From positions 52,903,580 to 52,967,579 of the forward strand of contig NC_068991.1 in the NCBI RefSeq assembly GCF_001194135.2: a stretch of DNA of 64,000 nt. Direction: 5' to 3'. Numbering within the stretch: position 1 is the first letter of the stretch; every line of letters starts with the position of its first letter. This DNA comes from Octopus bimaculoides (lineage: Eukaryota). Position numbers and translations under genes: made by a program. Below are positions 25,804 through 39,438 of this stretch, piece after piece. Under the pieces are notes generated by a model. The model ran no database searches, was not told the DNA's origin, and saw nothing but the letters and a program-made list of their open reading frames with translations.

Positions 25804-26353
25804 GGCGATCTTTCGCTTATCATCCGGAGTTCGTTAATTTCCGTAACATTTTATTTATTTATTTACTTTTGTTTTAAAGTGAAAGAGAGGAGAAAGTGAA
25901 AGAGAGGAGAAAGTGAAAGAGAGGAGAAAGTGAAAGATGTATGTACGTGTATATGAAATGGACGCGTGTGTGAGAAAGAGAGAGGGAGAGAGAGAGAGAG
26001 AGAAAGAGAGGGAAAGAGAGAGTGCGCGAAGGGGTGTGTTATCATGTATCCGTACATACATCAATACATATGCGTACATCTTTTTTGTATGTACGTGTGC
26101 ATGTGTGTATGAGAGAGAGTGAGTGATTGAACGTGTGTGCTCTCATGTATGTATAAGTCATACTCTCTCTCTCCCTATCTATCTCTCTCTCACACATACA
26201 AACGTTCATTTCATATACACGTTCATACATCTTTCACTTTCTCCTCCTTTTCACTTTAAAGCAAAAGTAAATAAAAAAAAAAATTTACAGAAATAAACGA
26301 ACAAAACCAGCTGATGCGGATGACAGTTCTTAGAGTCAAAGCGAAAGATCGCC
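25804..26353. mobile_element. 550-bp foldback element with GGCGATCTTTCGCT termini
   Basis: Inverted arms 25804-25990 and 26160-26353. No TSD seen. A related arm occurs at about 16660-16740. Confidence 0.75.
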
Positions 26354-26851
26354 CTAAAAGGAATACCATTACAAAACATTTTTCGAGTGCATTCAACGTA
26401 TCGCAGCTCCAAAGATTTGGCTGCGATTTCTAGCATGCCCTGATCCCACGTATCAGCTACTTGCGATGAAGGACCCGAAATACCTGTTACATGGTAGCAG
26501 GGTGTACAAGAAATAGCAGCCAAATCCTTCCTTTTCTGGGGAAAGGAGCCGTTTACGCGTGATTTCGCTATTTCGGTGTCACATTCGCCGAAAGCATGTG
26601 AAATAACCCGGTAAAGGAAAAAACCCCACGAAATAAAACTCTGCTGGGAAACTCAGACTTTCCAGGTGCCCCAACGGGGTAGTCTAGTCTAGTCTAGTCT
26701 AGTATATATANNNNNNNNNNNNNNNNNNNNNNNNNNNNNNNNNNNNNNNNNNAAAGATTGCCTTAAGATACATAGCGTATTTTATTAATATGCCTGTTCA
26801 AGTATTATAGCATGAAACTATTAGTAGCTCTTTTGGTTGTGTATTGAATTT

Positions 26852-26906
<55 letters not shown>

Positions 26907-29479
26907 TATCCGAAATATATAGTATTATATATCCATCACAGCAGATCTTACCAATTGGCTAATCTTACCAATCGGAAATTGCGGAAAAAGATATTAATTC
27001 GCACATTCACACATTGCAAATATAATCTGTAGGTGGAACAGTAAAATTATTCAAAACTTTACTCAAATTTAAAATGTGACAGTTTTTGTTATCAGCATCC
27101 CAATGGTAGAGCATTGTATCTTTGTCAGAAACCAATTTCTTCCTTACAAGAGGATATCAAATAATTAAAAGTAAAAGATAACACACAAACACACACACGA
27201 ATGCATACATACATATACATTTGCATATGGTGGTTATTTCCTATAAAAAAATAAATAACAAGTTTCAAGGATACAGATAAACTCAAAAGGTTGATTTTTA
27301 TTGGATGTGTTTTGAGTGCAGCTGTCCACTCCTTTGAACTATAAAAATCAAGTTTGGAGGAGCATTGCAAACGACATCCATTTTCCAAGTTAATGACGGT
27401 CTAACCGGATATTATATTAGTTTTAAGAGAACTACCAACTTCCAAATGGCAGCAACCAATGGTGAAACTGAATTCACTAGTGTCTAGGAGACACGCCTAA
27501 AGAAAACGGAAGAGGATGTCAAAGAAGAGTTTTAGGAAAGAATCCATTCATGTATTTGACGCAACACATCCATCTTATCATTTAACGAAATAAAATTACA
27601 CAAGGAAACTATTGGAGCTCTCTTAACATTCTCTGAATAGCCTCGGTTTCTAACATTATGTAGAACGTGACGTTTGTCCAGGTTGAAAGTATCTTCTTTG
27701 TCAGTTAGGAAACTGATATTTTAAGACTAACTTTTTCACTCTCTCATCATTGCTATTGATTTAATTAAAGACTGCTTCAGCAATATTCCCATCCATATCA
27801 TAATAAAAGCCCCCCCACCCCGCTTACTGCTATAGTCTCTTGTGTATGCTTCAATATTTAGACCAAAACAATATCATCACACCTTTTAATACTGAGCTGC
27901 CTGCATAACAAAGATTATCTTCTTGAATTAATTCGTACTTCGATCTTATTACAACTTACAATCAACCAAATGGAATTATTGGTTGTTGATGGTACTTGTA
28001 ATTGACGAACTACCATCTATTTGATTGCAATTTTTTGGTTAAACCCGATGGAGATTATTAGTTAAGGTTAAACCTTTCCATGATTTAATTTGAAGATAGG
28101 CAGCAAGATGATAATATTAAGCTTTTAAACACGCGCACACGCGATTACATAGAAGGCTCTACAATCAATAATGGGAATTTCTAATGTAAGGGGGAAATCA
28201 TATGTATATATATATACATATGTATATATATATATANNNNNNNNNNNNNNNNNNNNNNNNNNNNNNNNNNNNNNNNNNNNNNNNNNNNNNNNNNNNNNNN
28301 NNNNNNNNNNNNNNNNNNNNNNNNNNNNNNNNNNNNNNNNNNNNNNNNNNNNNNNNNNNNNNNNNNNNNNNNNNNNNNNNNNNNNNNNNNNNNNNNNNNN
28401 NNNNNNNNNNNNNNNNNNNNNNNNNNNNNNNNNNNNNNNNNNNNNNNNNNNNNNNNNNNNNNNNNNNNNNNNNNNNNNNNNNNNNNNNNNNNNNNNNNNN
28501 NNNNNNNNNNNNNNNNNNNNNNNNNNNNNNNNNNNNNNNNNNNNNNNNNNNNNNNNNNNNNNNNNNNNNNNNNNNNNNNNNNNNNNNNNNNNNNNNNNNN
28601 NNNNNNNNNNNNNNNNNNNNNNNNNNNNNNNNNNNNNNNNNNNNNNNNNNNNNNNNNNNNNNNNNNNNNNNNNNNNNNNNNNNNNNNNNNNNNNNNNNNN
28701 NNNNNNNNNNNNNNNNNNNNNNNNNNNNNNNNNNNNNNNNNNNNNNNNNNNNNNNNNNNNNNNNNNNNNNNNNNNNNNNNNNNNNNNNNNNNNNNNNNNN
28801 NNNNNNNNNNNNNNNNNNNNNNNNNNNNNNNNNNNNNNNNNNNNNNNNNNNNNNNNNNNNNNNNNNNNNNNNNNNNNNNNNNNNNNNNNNNNNNNNNNNN
28901 NNNNNNNNNNNNNNNNNNNNNNNNNNNNNNNNNNNNNNNNNNNNNNNNNNNNNNNNNNNNNNNNNNNNNNNNNNNNNNNNNNNNNNNNNNNNNNNNNNNN
29001 NNNNNNNNNNNNNNNNNNNNNNNNNNNNNNNNNNNNNNNNNNNNNNNNNNNNNNNNNNNNNNNNNNNNNNNNNNNNNNNNNNNNNNNNNNNNNNNNNNNN
29101 NNNNNNNNNNNNNNNNNNNNNNNNNNNNNNNNNNNNNNNNNNNNNNNNNNNNNNNNNNNNNNNNNNNNNNNNNNNNNNNNNNNNNNNNNNNNNNNNNNNN
29201 NNNNNNNNNNNNATATATATATATATATATATATACACATACATATACGTACGTATATACGCACGTACATTAATACATATATACATACACATGCAGACAA
29301 ACATACATAAATACATACATACATACATGCATGCATGTGTTTGTGCGTCTGTGTGTGTCTGCGTGTGCGTTTGCGTGCGCTCTTGTATGTATATGTAATT
29401 GTTTTTACTAGTTTCAGCTCGAGAGCTGCAGCCATACTGGGGCACCGCCGTTAGCTTTGCTACGCTTTCTCTAACCTCC

Positions 29480-30190
29480 TCTGATATGTGGAATTTGGTG
29501 AATGAGTGAGTTTGATATTGCTGCTCTCATTTGAGTTTCTTATCGCGTGGTAGGTTCAACCGGAACTCTTGACTGGAGGAGATCCAGTTTTGCTTTGAAG
29601 ACACTTACATTCACCGCATGTAGGTCTCTCGGAATTTGTGGAAGAATATTCAAGGCGTGTGGGCCCTTGAAACCCAAGCTGTTGCAGTATCTGGTCCTGT
29701 AGCCTGATGGCAATATTGGGGATTTTGGTACTATGCAGTGGCGCCCCGTTCTGCTGTTCGTGTAACTTACAATGCAAAAGTTTGCTACAAGTTCTTGGAT
29801 TTTTCAGATGTGCATCACTCCAAATCTTTCCACTTTCGTTCTAGTGAGTAGAGTCTTAATTTTTTCTCCCATTAGCAGGTATGTTACATTGAGACGATCT
29901 TCTTCGTGTAGCTTCGAGTTCCGTTAACTTTACACTGTGATGACGATAGTTAGGAGCAGTAATCTAAACGGCTGAGGACAAGTGTCCTCCAGAAGACAAT
30001 CATGGTATCCTGTTCTCTCGTTCTGAATGTTCTAAGGATCCATCCGGCCAGCTGTCTGCATTTTATTGCCAACTTTCTAATATGCACCTGGAAAGATACA
30101 TCATTACTCATGTCAATGCCCAACTCGCACATTGATTTTGATTCAGAGATTGCAATCCTTCCTGGGGCAATTTATTTTGTCTGCTTCTCA
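29480..30190 (-). mobile_element. CR1-like LINE 3' remnant
   Basis: LGIDMS, GWILRTFRTRE, LVLSRLDYCS motifs. Confidence 0.8.
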
Positions 30191-31743
30191 TTGAACCTGC
30201 GTGATGGTGTGATGTGATGTGATGTGGTGTTGTGTGATATGGTGGTGTGTGGTGTGATGGTGTTGGGTGGTGGGGAGGTGAGAGTGGGGAAATCAAGGGT
30301 GGATCAGGCTGAGGGTGAAGGTAGAGATGGGGTATGTGGGTAGGCAGAGGGTGGGGTATATGGGAGTGGGTGTAAGGGATGGGAAGGTGGGTTTGGAATG
30401 TGTAGGGGTGGGTGGGGTTNNNNNNNNNNNNNNNNNNNNNNNNNNNNNNNNNNNNNNNNNNNNNNNNNNNNNNNNNNNNNNNNNNNNNNNNNNNNNNNNN
30501 NNNNNNNNNNNNNNNNNNNNNNNNNNNNNNNNNNNNNNNNNNNNNNNNNNNNNNNNNNNNNNNNNNNNNNNNNNNNNNNNNNNNNNNNNNNNNNNNNNNN
30601 NNNNNNNNNNNNNNNNNNNNNNNNNNNNNNNNNNNNNNNNNNNNNNNNNNNNNNNNNNNNNNNNNNNNNNNNNNNNNNNNNNNNNNNNNNNNNNNNNNNN
30701 NNNNNNNNNNNNNNNNNNNNNNNNNNNNNNNNNNNNNNNNNNNNNNNNNNNNNNNNNNNNNNNNNNNNNNNNNNNNNNNNNNNNNNNNNNNNNNNNNNNN
30801 NNNNNNNNNNNNNNNNNNNNNNNNNNNNNNNNNNNNNNNNNNNNNNNNNNNNNNNNNNNNNNNNNNNNNNNNNNNNNNNNNNNNNNNNNNNNNNNNNNNN
30901 NNNNNNNNNNNNNNNNNNNNNNNNNNNNNNNNNNNNNCCTTTTTATTTAAACGTGTCACACGGTCGAACACAAAATATTATATCAAAGATGATATACATA
31001 AAATATGTTATACTACGATAACATAGATGACCAGTAATGAAAGACCACAACCGTATAAGATGAATAACAGAGACATTTATTATGGCGTTAAAGATGTATG
31101 TGTATGTGAGAGTGTGAATGCGACATATAAGAACATAATCAAAGACAGGCCGTCGTACAAAGAAAAGTATGTATGTGAGTGATACATGTATGTGTATGTG
31201 AGTTATTACAGCAGATAGAAAGAGAGTCAATAACACGTGAGCATTTATACCAGTTCTTTGAATACACAATTGGAAGAGTCTGTATGTGAAAGGAGTTGAG
31301 GCTGTGTGTGAATACCCAATTATTAATACACAAGTGTTTTTTCATTGCATGGTAATTACACTACTGAATGTAATAAATGGAGGTTATTTTACCCTTTTTT
31401 TTGTTTTTATTTACATATATTTTTTATATGTATTTTTGCCTAATTTGTTGTTCATGTTATCGGTTATCCATTAACCAACCATAACAAAGTCATGGCCTTT
31501 CAAAACAATAGATGACCAATTAGATTACGGGACTGACCAAAACCCCCTCCCCACTTCCCGCAGGATTTCAGTTACACGATAAACAAAAAGTAACGGAAAA
31601 TAATAAAGTATCTTTATTAATACCCGGAAATTTATTACTTTTAGTATCGACTAATATCACAGGTATTAATATAAACTCTAACCCACTTATTGTGGACCGT
31701 TACCCCAAGCCCTCAATAGAAAACATATCGGATGTTTATATGC

Positions 31744-31775
<32 letters not shown>

Positions 31776-32204
31776 TTGTGTATAATTATTATAATTATAT
31801 AAAAAGAAAAATACGAACTACTACAGTAACCATCCCTTCTCAACACTGGAAATATGTATGTACCTATGGGTATGTATGTACGTAAATATACATATGTGTG
31901 TGTGTGTGTGTATGTGTATGTGTGTGTATGCATTCCTCATTTATATACCTTTTCATTCCTACATAACCTCAATAATCTTAAGATATATTGATTATTTAAA
32001 TTCCACTATTATTTCTCTTTTGATAATTTCACTTTCCTCTGTTTTTACTTTATCTAATAAGAATAATATAATACACCTAATAATAATAATAACTGGTTCC
32101 TTTGTATGCATATACATATAAATGTATAAATAAGTATTTATGTATATGTAAAAGTGTGTATATATGTATGTATTTATATCTATAACTTAACCTTATGAAC
32201 TTTC

Positions 32205-32331
32205 TAATCTCGCTGACGAAGCCCAGAGGCACTCTCAAGTACCTTAATCTTATCTACCAAATACTTCAGTTCACTGAAGGATGGAAGTAAAGTGGGGTAC
32301 TATGGCCTCTTGGTTGAAACAGCTGTAAGAT
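32205..32331 (+). ncRNA. Hammerhead-like motif with a long stem II
   Basis: CUGACGA at 32213, GAAAC at 32316, palindromic ACAGCUGU stem III with a GUA triplet. Stem II AGCCCAGAGGC/GCCUCUUGGUU plus AGUACC/GGUACU. Stem I imperfect. Confidence 0.55.
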
Positions 32332-33009
32332 ATTATTCTACTTTCTATGCTCTACGTTATATATTTTAATAATTACTTGTATTTTTATATTTTATATATT
32401 ATATATGTAAAGCATATGTTATACATGTATGTATATTATTATAATTTTTTTTTTAATAAATAAAGACGTAATATAATGTCTTAAAGTTGATGAATACCAC
32501 CTCTTGATCCCCTTCATTTTCTTATTGCTGTGTATATATATATATATATATTGCCTTTTGCTAAGTCCTTCATGTCAAGCACCGAGAGGCGGTTCTGCCC
32601 TGGGGATATAGAGGTAATTTTGGAGACGCTCACACACACTTTTTCTTTCTATCTGTACGTGTATATTTCTACATGTGCTGCGCGCCTGTTTACCTCGAGC
32701 GTCACAAAGAACTGTCGCTAAAGCAAGTTGAATGCTCTGTCATCCGCGCCAAATCAATAGCGCCCAAACAGCTGTGCATAATCAACTCATTCCGATCATC
32801 ATCAACTATTCCAAAGGCAAGACATGTTCAAGAGAAAAGAAAGTCTAAGGTACAAAAGGAATGGATCACGTAATAAAGTTACTGAAAGAGTCATAAATAT
32901 AACTAATTAAGAAAAGTATTAGCCAAGAAACCTAATTCAAATTTATGTCAGGACAGGATACCACCACAAAACACCTTTTTTGTGGCACATATACAAAAGT
33001 AGTACTAAC

Positions 33010-33430
33010 TACAAGGAAGCCTCTGTAGATAGCTTTCACTGACCACTTGGAAAAGGCTTTTGACAGAATTTCACGTTCTGAAGTGTGGTGGTTGCCAAGA
33101 AAACTGATTAAAAAAAAGTGACTTGTGAGAGTTGTACAACCAATGTACAAAGGAGCTGTTAGCAAGGCGAGAGTTCGGCGAATAATTTTATCGAGCAGAT
33201 TGGTGTATTTCAGATTTTAGCTCTCGATCTATTTGTTTATAATAGTCGTCATCGCCGCCGCCACCACCACCGTCGTCGTCATTGTCATCATCATTATCAT
33301 CGTCATCGTCATCATCACCATCAAGAAGTTTGAAACCGGTTTCCATGGGAATATTTGTACACAGATGCCATGGCTTTGATAGCTGAATCTGTAGATGTTG
33401 AGGGAAAATTCCGTGAAAGAGACAGAGTAC
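33010..33430 (+). mobile_element. RTE LINE RT remnant
   Basis: LEKAFDRISRSEVWW and VVQPMYKGAVSK motifs. Confidence 0.7.
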
Positions 33431-34039
33431 AAGTGTACCGAGACAAATTTGATGTAAGAAGAATCAGCAGCAGTGAACTGGAGAGAAGAGTACGCAGACC
33501 GTCTTCTCTGGTTATCTGATAAGGCCGTTTATCGAACAATGCCATCGCATTGGATCCGTCCGTGTTCAAATCCCCTTACAATCACTCGTTCAATATTGCT
33601 AACCATTACCGTCACTCTCAAACCATTACCCATTGTCATTGCTATCCATCACTCTATCTCAAATTTCTCTCTCTTTCTCACCGATCATTCACTTTCATCA
33701 TTTCCACTACTCCTATCACCTCTCTCTCTCTCTCTCTGTTTTTGCTCTATAACACTACAAAGAAAGCTATAATCCTCTGGTGCTGGAGAAGGAGCGAACG
33801 GAAATAGCATGAAGCAAACAGGACTCTTTAGTCTTGCTGGGGATGACAACTTCTTTAGTTTTACACTCTGTAAAACGATTGATAAGGAGAGCATCCGGCT
33901 ATAGAAACTTTGCCAAAAATGACATAGTCAACGACTCGTCTTGGAGGTCAGTAACTCAAAATAAGAACTGACCTGGAACGTGACGACCTACCCAAATCAT
34001 GACATCATGGAAAACTGAACGTAAATTGCTGCTGTTGAC

Positions 34040-34070
<31 letters not shown>

Positions 34071-34201
34071 GTGACAGACTGCCAAAATACTTCTTACTTC
34101 TTGCAAAAAATACCGTACTTTAATTCCAGGAAATCCCTTTTCTTTACAAACACACTTTGTTTACGTTTAGCTTGATGAAGTAGATCTATAATTAAAAGCT
34201 T

Positions 34202-34674
34202 GGCACTATCATGGTATTAGCTGTCAGAATTGAAAGTAGAACTGACAAGGAACGTTACTGCTGGTTTGAGTTGATTCTTTGGCTACTGACTAGCCGGAGC
34301 TATCTATCTGTCTGTCTATCTCACTATCTCTCTCTCTATATCTATCTATCTATCTATCTATCTATCACTCGTTCACCTCTGTGTCCGTAGAATTTATCAA
34401 ATTAGAAAACGCAAATTTAATATAAAAATATATTTTCTGAAATTGCAAATTATTTAAAATATAAAAATATAATTTTCAACAGAGAGAATTTATCAAAATA
34501 GAAAACAAATGAAGTTTGAAGTTTAAAAATAATAGGATCGACCACTCACGACTAGCTAGCGCGGACGCGCGACTGCGCGTTCGGGACCACTCTGCTTTAG
34601 TAGTACCCTTATACTCTGTGTGTTTTCAAACGCATGGATATAGGTGTCAAATTTGTTCCAATAACTTTCGAGTG

Positions 34675-34707
<33 letters not shown>

Positions 34708-34853
34708 CAGAGAGAGACAGACAGACAGATAGCTCGCTCCGGCCAGTCATGGTATTAGCTGTCAGTAGCCAAAGAATCAACTCAAACCAGCAGTAACGTT
34801 CCTTGTCAGATTTTTCTACTTTCACTTCTGACAGCTAATACCATGACAGTGCC
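34202..34853. mobile_element. Non-autonomous TIR element (MITE) with GGCAC termini and 8-bp TSD AAAAGCTT
   Basis: Arms of roughly 90-150 nt. AAAAGCTT at 34194-34201 and 34854-34861. Near-identical second copy at 57666-58080. Confidence 0.9.
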
Positions 34854-35152
34854 AAAAGCTTTCTAGTCCTGACCCTATATCCATCTTTTTTAAAACATAG
34901 TATAACTAGGACTACATTATCTAACGTTTCCTTCTTATTAATACAGCAATGTGTTGATCTGATGGAGAGCTAACAACTATATCTGCGAAGCACGCAACAA
35001 GATAGTCTTTTCTCGTTACTTCGTGTCACCGCCTCGTTTTCATTGCAGGTCAACTTGTGTTGATTTCACACTAACATGTCCTAATGCATCTTGATGCATT
35101 TTAATTTGTTCTGCTTGATATATCGAACATAGTTCGAGCTGTGTTTATCACA

Positions 35153-35350
35153 ATGTGCCTGAAAGTCTGTCTGTTGTGTTCCACTGGTTGGTTTTCATTG
35201 CTTCCACTATCCTGTTTACCACTTTTGCTATTTTATGGTCTCGCATGTGGTGTGGATACCATTCTTCGAATGTCACTCCTTTTGTCATTGGTCTGTGTCC
35301 TGGGGCATTATATTTCAATTAATTGGATTTTTCTTCAACCATTTGGAGAG
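35153..35350 (+). CDS. First coding exon of an Ice2/SERINC-superfamily multi-pass membrane protein
   Basis: ATG at 35153 opens MCLKVCLLCSTGWFSLLPLSCLPLLLFYGLACGVDTILRMSLLLSLVCVLGHYISINWIFLQPFGE and ends at a canonical GAG|GTATGT donor (phase 0). It resembles the yeast Ice2p N-terminus as I recall it (RICAACFYLLFTLLSIP...GGLECGL). Possible UTR acceptor TTTTCATTGCAG| at 35048. Other frames here are also largely open, so the frame rests on motif similarity and phase match. Confidence 0.7.
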
Positions 35351-38300
35351 GTATGTATTCGATGTTGCCCCGTCCTTACAATCCAGTTCTTAAATTATTA
35401 CTATCAAATTTAAGAACTTCAAAATTCCCCGCCAAGTTTATTGTTAACAACACTAACATTCCATAAAATTGTTCTTTCGTTATTATTGTATACTTTCATT
35501 CTTCAAAGCGTAATTGAAATATTGCCGGTTTCTTATTTATTAGTTGCTAATAATGTGCGATGGAAAAAAAATTAAAAAACAATCTTTACCGGAAAGATTA
35601 ACTTACGAATGAATAAGTGATTATTTTCGGAGATGAATCTGAAGTAGTGGGTTGGATACCAATCAGAAATTTATTAAAATATTGCCGCTGTGATTGATTA
35701 TTTTTAAAGTTAATATCTGACATTAAATATTCTTTAACTTAACTTTAACAATAAACATTAGTGATTTAAAAATAAGTAACCAACATGCGAAAGTATTCAG
35801 TAATGAAAGTACAATATATGATGAGAATGTAGTGTGCGATAGTGGCAAAAAAGCCAACGAATAAATTATTTTAGCCAAAGACCACAGTTTAAAAAACAAA
35901 AAAATACCGCAGCTCCATTCATGTTTACATAAAGAAAGTGGATTTTTATTTTATGTTTTCGATAAAAAGAAATTTGCTGACCCCCCACTTCTTAAACTGT
36001 GATATACTTCTGACAAATTTTGAACAATAAAATGATAAGCAGATATCTAGATATTGAAGGCTGTAAAACATATACTCGAAAAACATATTCAATTATTATT
36101 CCTCGACATGGTTGTGTAATAAAGTTCGGTTCCACTGCGTAATAATTCGGAGAAGCTTCTTCTTCATATATATATATATATAATACTATCCAATAATACT
36201 ATCCATATCACGTCCTCACTTTGTTGTTTTTTTGTTTTTTTGTTATTGTGTTTTTGAACTATATATATATATATATATATATATATNNNNNNNNNNNNNN
36301 NNNNNNNNNNNNNNNNNNNNNNNNNNNNNNNNNNNNNNNNNNNNNNNNNNNNNNNNNNNNNNNNNNNNNNNNNNNNNNNATATATGTATGTGTGTGTGTG
36401 TATGTATGTATGTGTATTTGTGTGTCTGTTTGTCCCCCCACCATCGCTTGACAACCGAAGCTGGTGTGTTTACGTCCCCGTAACTTAGCGGTTCGGCAAA
36501 AAGAGACCGATATAATAAGTACTAGGCTTATAAAGAATAAGTCCTGGGGTCGATTTTCTCGCCTAAAGGCTGTCCTCCAGCATGGCCGCAGTCAAATGAC
36601 TGAAACAAGTAAAAGAGATACCCCTGGTTAAATTACTTTGCTTTTATTGACCAGAGACAGAGTTAGTTAGCATAGGCGTAGTTGTGTGGTTAAGAAGTTT
36701 ACCTCCTAACCATGTGGTTTGGGGTTCAATCCTATTGCATGACACTGTGTTCTGTTATAGCCCTTGGCTGAATAAAGCTTTGTGAGTGGATTTGGAAGAC
36801 CAAAAGAAGTTTGTTGTGTGTGTGTGTATTTCTACAATATATATGTGTTGGTTGGCACTCCGTCGCTTACGACGTTGAGGGTTCCAGTTGATCCAATCAA
36901 CGGATTAGCCTGCTCGTGAAATTAACGTGCAAGTGGCTGAGCACTCCACAGACACGTGTACCCTTAACGTAGTTCTCGGGGATATTCAACGTGACACAGT
37001 GTGACAAAGCTGACCCTTTGAATTACAAGTACAACAGAAACAAAGAGTGAGAGAAAGTTGTGGTGAAAGAGTACAGCAGGGTTCACCACCATCCCCTGCC
37101 GGAGCCTCGTGGAGCTTTAGGTATTTTCGCTCAATAAACACTCACAACGCCCGGTCTGGGAATCGAAACCACGATCCTATGACCACGAGTCCATTGCGCC
37201 TCCACACAACATATATATACACACACACACACACACTCACATAAATATATATGTATATGGGGTAGTAGTGTCTGCATTTTCTTGTTTTGGCATGCAATAG
37301 TTGAGAGTGGCCCCAAGGAGAAATTTTTACCTTACTTAGACAGAAGTAAGGTTTGGTGACAGGTAGAGCTTCAACTATAGAAAATCTGCCTCGAGTTTTT
37401 GTTAATCCTATTGACCTCAGCTTACTTTCTAGTCAGTTACTTATGGATATTTATTTATTGAACTGCAAAGTAGCAGGGCATAAACACAGAAATGCTCTTT
37501 TTCAAGAGGTGTCAATGTAAAGACATGGAAACGTAGCCACACCTGTGGGGTTTAGGAGCTTGCTTTGCGACCATGTAGTTTTGGGTTCAGTCCCACTGCG
37601 CAGCATCTTGAGTAAGTACCTTGTATCATAGCCATAGGTTGACCAATGCCGTGAGTGAATTTGGTAGATGGAAACTATGTGAAAACCTGTCATATGTTTA
37701 AATATGTTTTGGTGTTTGTGTTTGTTCCCTCCACTGCTTGACCACTGATTGGTTTGTGTACATCCCTTTAACTTTGTGATTCAGCAAAACAAACTGATGG
37801 AGTAAGAACCAGACTTTAAAAAAATAAGTACTGAGTTCAATTTGTTTGACTAAACCCTTCATGTGGGTGCCCCAGCATGGCTGCAGTCTTATGACTGAAA
37901 CAAATAAAAGATAGAAGATATACATAAATACACATTCATCTGTACACACACACACAATTTTGACATAGTTTTACTTCTCTGATAAGATGACTGGAATATT
38001 TAGGCATAAAATTCTTAATTTTGGTGAGATATTTGTGCTATGTTTAAGACTTAGGAGTAATATTATTAACTCTACTATTGCAGTGACCTGGCAGAATTGT
38101 TAGCATTCTGAGTAAAATGCTTAGTGGCATTTTGTCTGTCTTTACATTCTGAGTTCAAATTTCGTCAGGACCAACTTTACCTTTCATCCTTTTGGAGTTG
38201 ATAAAATAAGTACCAGTTGAGTACTGGAGTGGATGTAATCAACCAGCCTCTTCCCTCAAAATTGCTGGCCTTGTGCCAAAATTTGAAACCAATATTATTA

Positions 38301-39438
38301 ATTCTACTAACATAACTGATATACCAATACAGTAGATAGTTTTCAGACAATGTACCAATAGAATAGTGAAGGCGCATGGCTTAATAATGAAGGTATTCAG
38401 CTCACAATTGTAAGGTCATGAGTTCAATTTCCGCTGACGTATTGTGTCCTTGAGCAAGACACTGCATTCCACATTGCTCCAGTCCACTCAGCTGGCAAAA
38501 ATGAGTAGTACTTGTATTTTAAAGGGCCAACCTTGTCACACTCTGTGTCATGCTAAATCTCCCTGAGAACTACATTAAGAGTATACATATCTGTGGAGAG
38601 CTCAGCCACTTGCACGTTAATTTCACAAGTAGGCTGTTCCATTGATCAGATCAACCGAAACCCTTGTCGTAACCAACAGGCTGCCACCAATAGAATATAC
38701 ACTAAAATACGGTAGACAGCTTTTAGAAAATCCAGGTATAACTTATTTCTAATGATGAATACTGCCTAAAATAATTTTTAAAATTTGATAAATACAATAA
38801 ACATTTTCATTACTAAATTAGCATTTGGAAGATAAATCAACAACAAATTCTTACAGTAAATTATAATGGAATGTTTTAATTTAGACATGCTTTAAAACAA
38901 ACAGCATTGTATGATAGAATCAGAGGAAGATAGATAGCAAAATGATGAATCGATGAATACATTTAAACTTGTTTTGTTGTAAAGAATGTTCTTTATTGTC
39001 CAGACTTGCCCAAGAATACTTTTCATTTATTTCATTTTTGTATTGTGGTTTGCAAGATTCTTGATGTGATCCCATGTGTTGAAATATATTTTGTTGTATC
39101 TCGAGAAGGTCATTATGCCAATAATAAACACATGCACTGGTTGGATGTATAGTAAGAAGTTTGATTCCAAACTGCATGGTTCTGGGTTCAATCCTACGTT
39201 GGGCAAGTGACTTCTACTGTAGCCTTGAGTCAATCAAAACTTTATGAGTGGATTTGGTTGACATAAACTGAAAGAGGTTCATTGTATGTGTGTGTTTTGC
39301 CTTCAGAATCACTTCTGGTGGTCCAGCATGGTCACAGTCTAATGACTGAAACAAGTAAAAGATAAAAGATAATTACCATTTAACTAATTAACTAATCGAT
39401 TGTTTGATTATTTATCATTTAATCAATCAATCATTTAG

